A stretch of DNA of 64,000 nt from an uncultured Spirochaetota bacterium (GTDB lineage: Bacteria > Spirochaetota > Spirochaetia > SZUA-6 > Fen-1364): NCBI GenBank assembly GCA_963781885.1, contig CAWAHW010000002.1, forward strand, positions 531,119 to 595,118, in the 5' to 3' direction. The notes under the pieces are model-generated. The model was given only the letters and a program-made list of their open reading frames with translations. It was not told the DNA's origin and made no database searches. A program made the translations under genes and the position numbers. Within the stretch, counting starts at the first letter, position 1; every line of letters starts with the position of its first letter. Shown in pieces: positions 61,010 to 64,000 of the stretch.

Positions 61010-62007
61010 ACCACGACAACGAGAGCAGCGCCATCATGAGCAGCAGGCCGCAGGCCACCGCCGTGAGGAGCGCGGTGATCTCCGTCTGCGACTTTTCCAG
61101 CTCCAGCCGCGAGCCGAGCGACCGGTAGATGCTGCGAAGCTCCCCGGCGCTGCTCGCCTTGTAGTAGCTGCCACCGGTGATCAGGGCGATCTTTCGAAGC
61201 GTCGGCTCGTCCAGGATGGCGTGAAACGAGAATCCTTCGAAACCGACCATGGCGCCTCCACGGGTGCCGACCCCGACGGTGAAAACGCGCACCCCGAGAT
61301 TGGCCGCTTGCTCGGCCGCGTCGAGAGGGTCCGGACCCTGGTTGCTCTGGCCGTCGCTCAGGAGGACGATTGCCGCGCTCCTGTCGCTGCCGGGCGCGAC
61401 GGCCGGTGTCTGCTGATCCGTCGCGGCGACCAGCGGCGCGTCCGCCGAATCCGCCGCATCGCTCGAAGGCTTTGGGAAAAGCGCCTCCAGCGCGGTGATG
61501 ATCCCGCTCCCGATCGCCGTGAACATCTGCGGACGCAGCCTGTCGATGCCCTCCAGGACCTGTGTCTTGTCCGTGGTCGGCGGCTGGACGAGGAACGCCG
61601 ATCCGCTGAAGGCGACGATGCCGACGCGCACGCCGCGCGGCTCGCCATTCACGAACGACGTTGCGGCATCCTTCACGGCTTCCATGCGGTTGGGCCTGAT
61701 GTCCCTCGCCCTCATGCTCCCCGACACGTCGATCGACAGGATCACGGTCCCCCGGTTCGCGGGCAGCGTGATGGTCAGGGAGGGCCGCGACAGGGCAAGG
61801 ATGCCGACCGTCACGCCAAGCAGGAACAGCACGGGAGGCGCGTGCCGGCGGAATCCGGGTCCCCGTCCCTGCGCGTCCTTCACATCGGCAAATGTCGCAT
61901 GGCGCCGCGCGATCCTTGCCCGACGTCTGCCGGGCAAGCAGATAGGCAATGACCAGGACGGGAATGAGCGCGAGCAGCCAGAGCATCCCGGGCCACGCGA
62001 AAGTCAT
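60993..62007 (-). pseudogene. vWA-domain protein (BatA-like), frameshifted at ~61932 (extra C)
   Basis: N-terminal TM plus AYLLAR is in one frame. RRRARIARRHATF... and the vWA MIDAS region (DVSGSM) are in frame 60993-61949. Removing one nt restores the BatA-typical L.RRRRR. Confidence 0.6.
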
Positions 62008-62122
62008 GTCCCTCAAAAATACTTCGCCGGTGCGGAAATGGCAGGAAAGAAGAGCAAGTCACCACCGCGCGGGCAGGCTCACGTGAAGACGGTGCGCCCC
62101 GGTCCGCGGGATCCGGGACGCG

Positions 62123-62920
62123 TCAGGCCTTGAGAGGTTTCAGGGCGCTGCGCACCGTCGAGGCGATGATGGCCGCTGCCACCACCACGCCGCAGGCGAC
62201 CGCCGCCACGAACACTACGTGGCTTGCAGGGGTCGCGTCAGCCGATCGCTTCAGGACGATTCCCGCCAGAGCCCAAAGCACCACCAGACTGTAGCCCACG
62301 TCCCGCCGGGTCGCCAGGACTGCAACCGTGATGAGGGCCGCCACGATAATCACCGCAACCGTCCATACCTCCGGCCGCAGGCCGAAACCGTTCCAGCCCG
62401 CCTTCACCAGGAAAGCCGTCACGTCGGCAATCGTCGCAACGGTTATCCATCCGAGGTAGATGCTGAAGGGCACTCGGAAGAACCACCTCTCCGCTCCGCC
62501 GGCGCGCGTGCGGCCCGTCCGCAGCCTCACGTAGACGGCGAGCAGCGACGCAAGGATCACCAGCATCGCCAGGACCGACACCCCGACCAACTGATAGTGC
62601 CACAGCAGAAGCCATGCGACATTGGCAGCCGATGACAGAGCAAACAGCCAGCCGATCTGCCGGGTCCCCTCGGGGACGGCCTGGCCGGCAGAAAACAGGC
62701 CGCGCGCCTGCGCAATCGTGAAAAGCAGGAGCAGGAGGTAGATCACGCCCCAGATCGAGAAAGTAAGCCCCGCGGGCACAAAGAGATTGGGGATGCTATC
62801 AGAGAGCGCGCCGGTGAGCCGACCGTTGATTCCGACCGTCGATGCGAGCGTGTTCACGACGAGGACAGCCAGGAAAGAGATGATGTTGACAACCTGAATG
62901 ATCTTCATGTTCGTTTTCAT
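62123..62920 (-). CDS. Integral membrane protein, function unknown
   Basis: About 8 predicted TM helices. Start codon ambiguous (ATG 62920 or 62908; GTG 62956). Confidence 0.5.
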   Translation of the reverse strand: MKTNMKIIQVVNIISFLAVLVVNTLASTVGINGRLTGALSDSIPNLFVPAGLTFSIWGVIYLLLLLFTIAQARGLFSAGQAVPEGTRQIGWLFALSSAANVAWLLLWHYQLVGVSVLAMLVILASLLAVYVRLRTGRTRAGGAERWFFRVPFSIYLGWITVATIADVTAFLVKAGWNGFGLRPEVWTVAVIIVAALITVAVLATRRDVGYSLVVLWALAGIVLKRSADATPASHVVFVAAVACGVVVAAAIIASTVRSALKPLKA

Positions 62921-63037
62921 GTCTCGAGAATACCATTGCCGTCCCGTTTCGGGCACTCCAAATCCGGCCCGGGTGAGAAAGGCGGCGTCAGCGCCGCCGA
63001 TGCTTCCCGGGCCAAACGAGCCGTGATCCGCAGACGC

Positions 63038-64000
63038 CTAGAAGGCGAGGTCAAAAGCGGCGCTGATGGTGTAAGGGGAGCCGCTCGTCTTTGTTCCGGA
63101 AAAAGGATAGGCGAAGTACAGATTGAGGTCCGCCAGATCGAAAACATCTATGTAAATTCCTATTCCGGTGGACCCGAGAAAGCCGCTGGCCGTGTTGCTG
63201 GATTCCTGAAGATAGCCATTGTAGTAGGCGGTATCGACAAAGGCAAATAGTGCCGGCTCCAGGTCCCGCCATACGATCGCCGGGCCCACGACGCGCAGCT
63301 CCAGGTTGTTGATCAATTTCAGTCCGGTGGCGTAGTTTCCGTCATCCAGTCCATGAATCGTCGTGCTGTTTCCTGCGCGCACGTATCTTCCGCCAAAGCT
63401 TTCAAAGACGAAGACGGGAACCGAGCTCCCGCCGGCATAGTCAACGCCGACATAGTCGGCAAGATACCCGCTTAGAAGGTTCATGTTGGGGTCAGACGCG
63501 GTGGATTTGGCAAACAGCGTTTGATACAACTTGAGCGTCGCATTGAAGCGATAGTAGTCGGAGCCTCCGATCGTGTTGAAGAAAAAGCTCGGGCCCCATT
63601 CCGCGGACGCTTCGCCGTATATGCCCTGCTCCGTCTTGTGAACGGGGTCGACGGCAACCGTGTTCAGCGAGAGGCCGGCAAGCAGCGCGTTGGAAAGGAT
63701 CTGGGTCTTGTCGGGGAAGGTGGAATCGTTGAGAAGCGAAGACTGCTGGCCCCATTCTGTCGATACGGAGTTGTAGTCGTAGTGGACCCTGTAGAAAAGA
63801 AAGCCCTCCAGGAGGTTTCTTTTTTGGCCCGGGTTCCACAAAATGCCTTGACGGATGCCAATGTCATTGACGAACTCGGCCTGATCGTAGGTCGTCGGTG
63901 AGTTTCCCCCGCTCGTCGGGCCCAGGATGTTGACAAAACCGGTCTGCGTGTAGCTCGCCGATGTGTTTCCTCCCGTAAAGGGGCCCGTGTAGTGGCTTCC
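63038..64000 (-). CDS. Outer-membrane beta-barrel protein, 5' partial (runs off the window end)
   Basis: Alternating amphipathic beta-strand pattern with a C-terminal Phe. The frame is open from 63841 to the window edge at 64000. Confidence 0.55.
   Translation of the reverse strand, partial: GSHYTGPFTGGNTSASYTQTGFVNILGPTSGGNSPTTYDQAEFVNDIGIRQGILWNPGQKRNLLEGFLFYRVHYDYNSVSTEWGQQSSLLNDSTFPDKTQILSNALLAGLSLNTVAVDPVHKTEQGIYGEASAEWGPSFFFNTIGGSDYYRFNATLKLYQTLFAKSTASDPNMNLLSGYLADYVGVDYAGGSSVPVFVFESFGGRYVRAGNSTTIHGLDDGNYATGLKLINNLELRVVGPAIVWRDLEPALFAFVDTAYYNGYLQESSNTASGFLGSTGIGIYIDVFDLADLNLYFAYPFSGTKTSGSPYTISAAFDLAF

Overview
This 64 kb window is high-GC (about 65-67%) bacterial chromosomal DNA, densely coding. 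I can support roughly 58 protein genes and one tRNA-Phe(GAA). I see no CRISPR array, IS element or phage genes.

Gene content, in order:
- **1-16 kb, sugar-acid/2-oxoacid catabolic locus.** It carries KdgK, SDRs, a DHDPS-family aldolase, a 2-hydroxyacid dehydrogenase, an FAH-family hydrolase, YhcH/YiaL-like and Ldh_2/YiaK-like proteins, a GntR regulator and an MBL-fold hydrolase. Three uroporphyrinogen-decarboxylase-family (URO-D) paralogs sit unusually inside this locus.
- **9-12 kb.** A 2-oxoacid dehydrogenase E2-E1beta-E1alpha block.
- **17-20.5 kb.** A tandemly duplicated [ACT-domain protein + phenylacetate-CoA-ligase-like] pair.
- **20.6-43 kb.** AsnS, an orphan FliG, several AKR/SDR oxidoreductases, a DUF255 thioredoxin-domain protein, a Zn-PLC-like protein, tRNA-Phe, GlpK, a lipoprotein plus a TK-like NTPase, a PHP-UvrD fusion helicase, MTHFS, a class-V aminotransferase, a GH1 beta-glucosidase and two MFS transporters.
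- **44.2-47.8 kb, the most interesting part.** One tight plus-strand operon encodes a periplasmic tetraheme cytochrome c3 domain fused to a NarI/DsrM-type membrane haem-b anchor, a small 2x[4Fe-4S] protein, a second tetraheme cytochrome c3, then MetV and MetF. This suggests a membrane-bound, cytochrome/quinone-linked methylene-THF reductase.
- **47.9-64 kb.** A PAS sensor, a strong sigma70 promoter driving PadR plus a MacB-type ABC ATPase/FtsX permease, a convergent TolC-MacA-MacB efflux operon, a histidine kinase/OmpR-family two-component system, a BatA-like vWA protein and a partial OMP.

About ten genes carry single-nucleotide frameshifts, several of them in homopolymer runs. Assembly indels explain this better than true gene decay.
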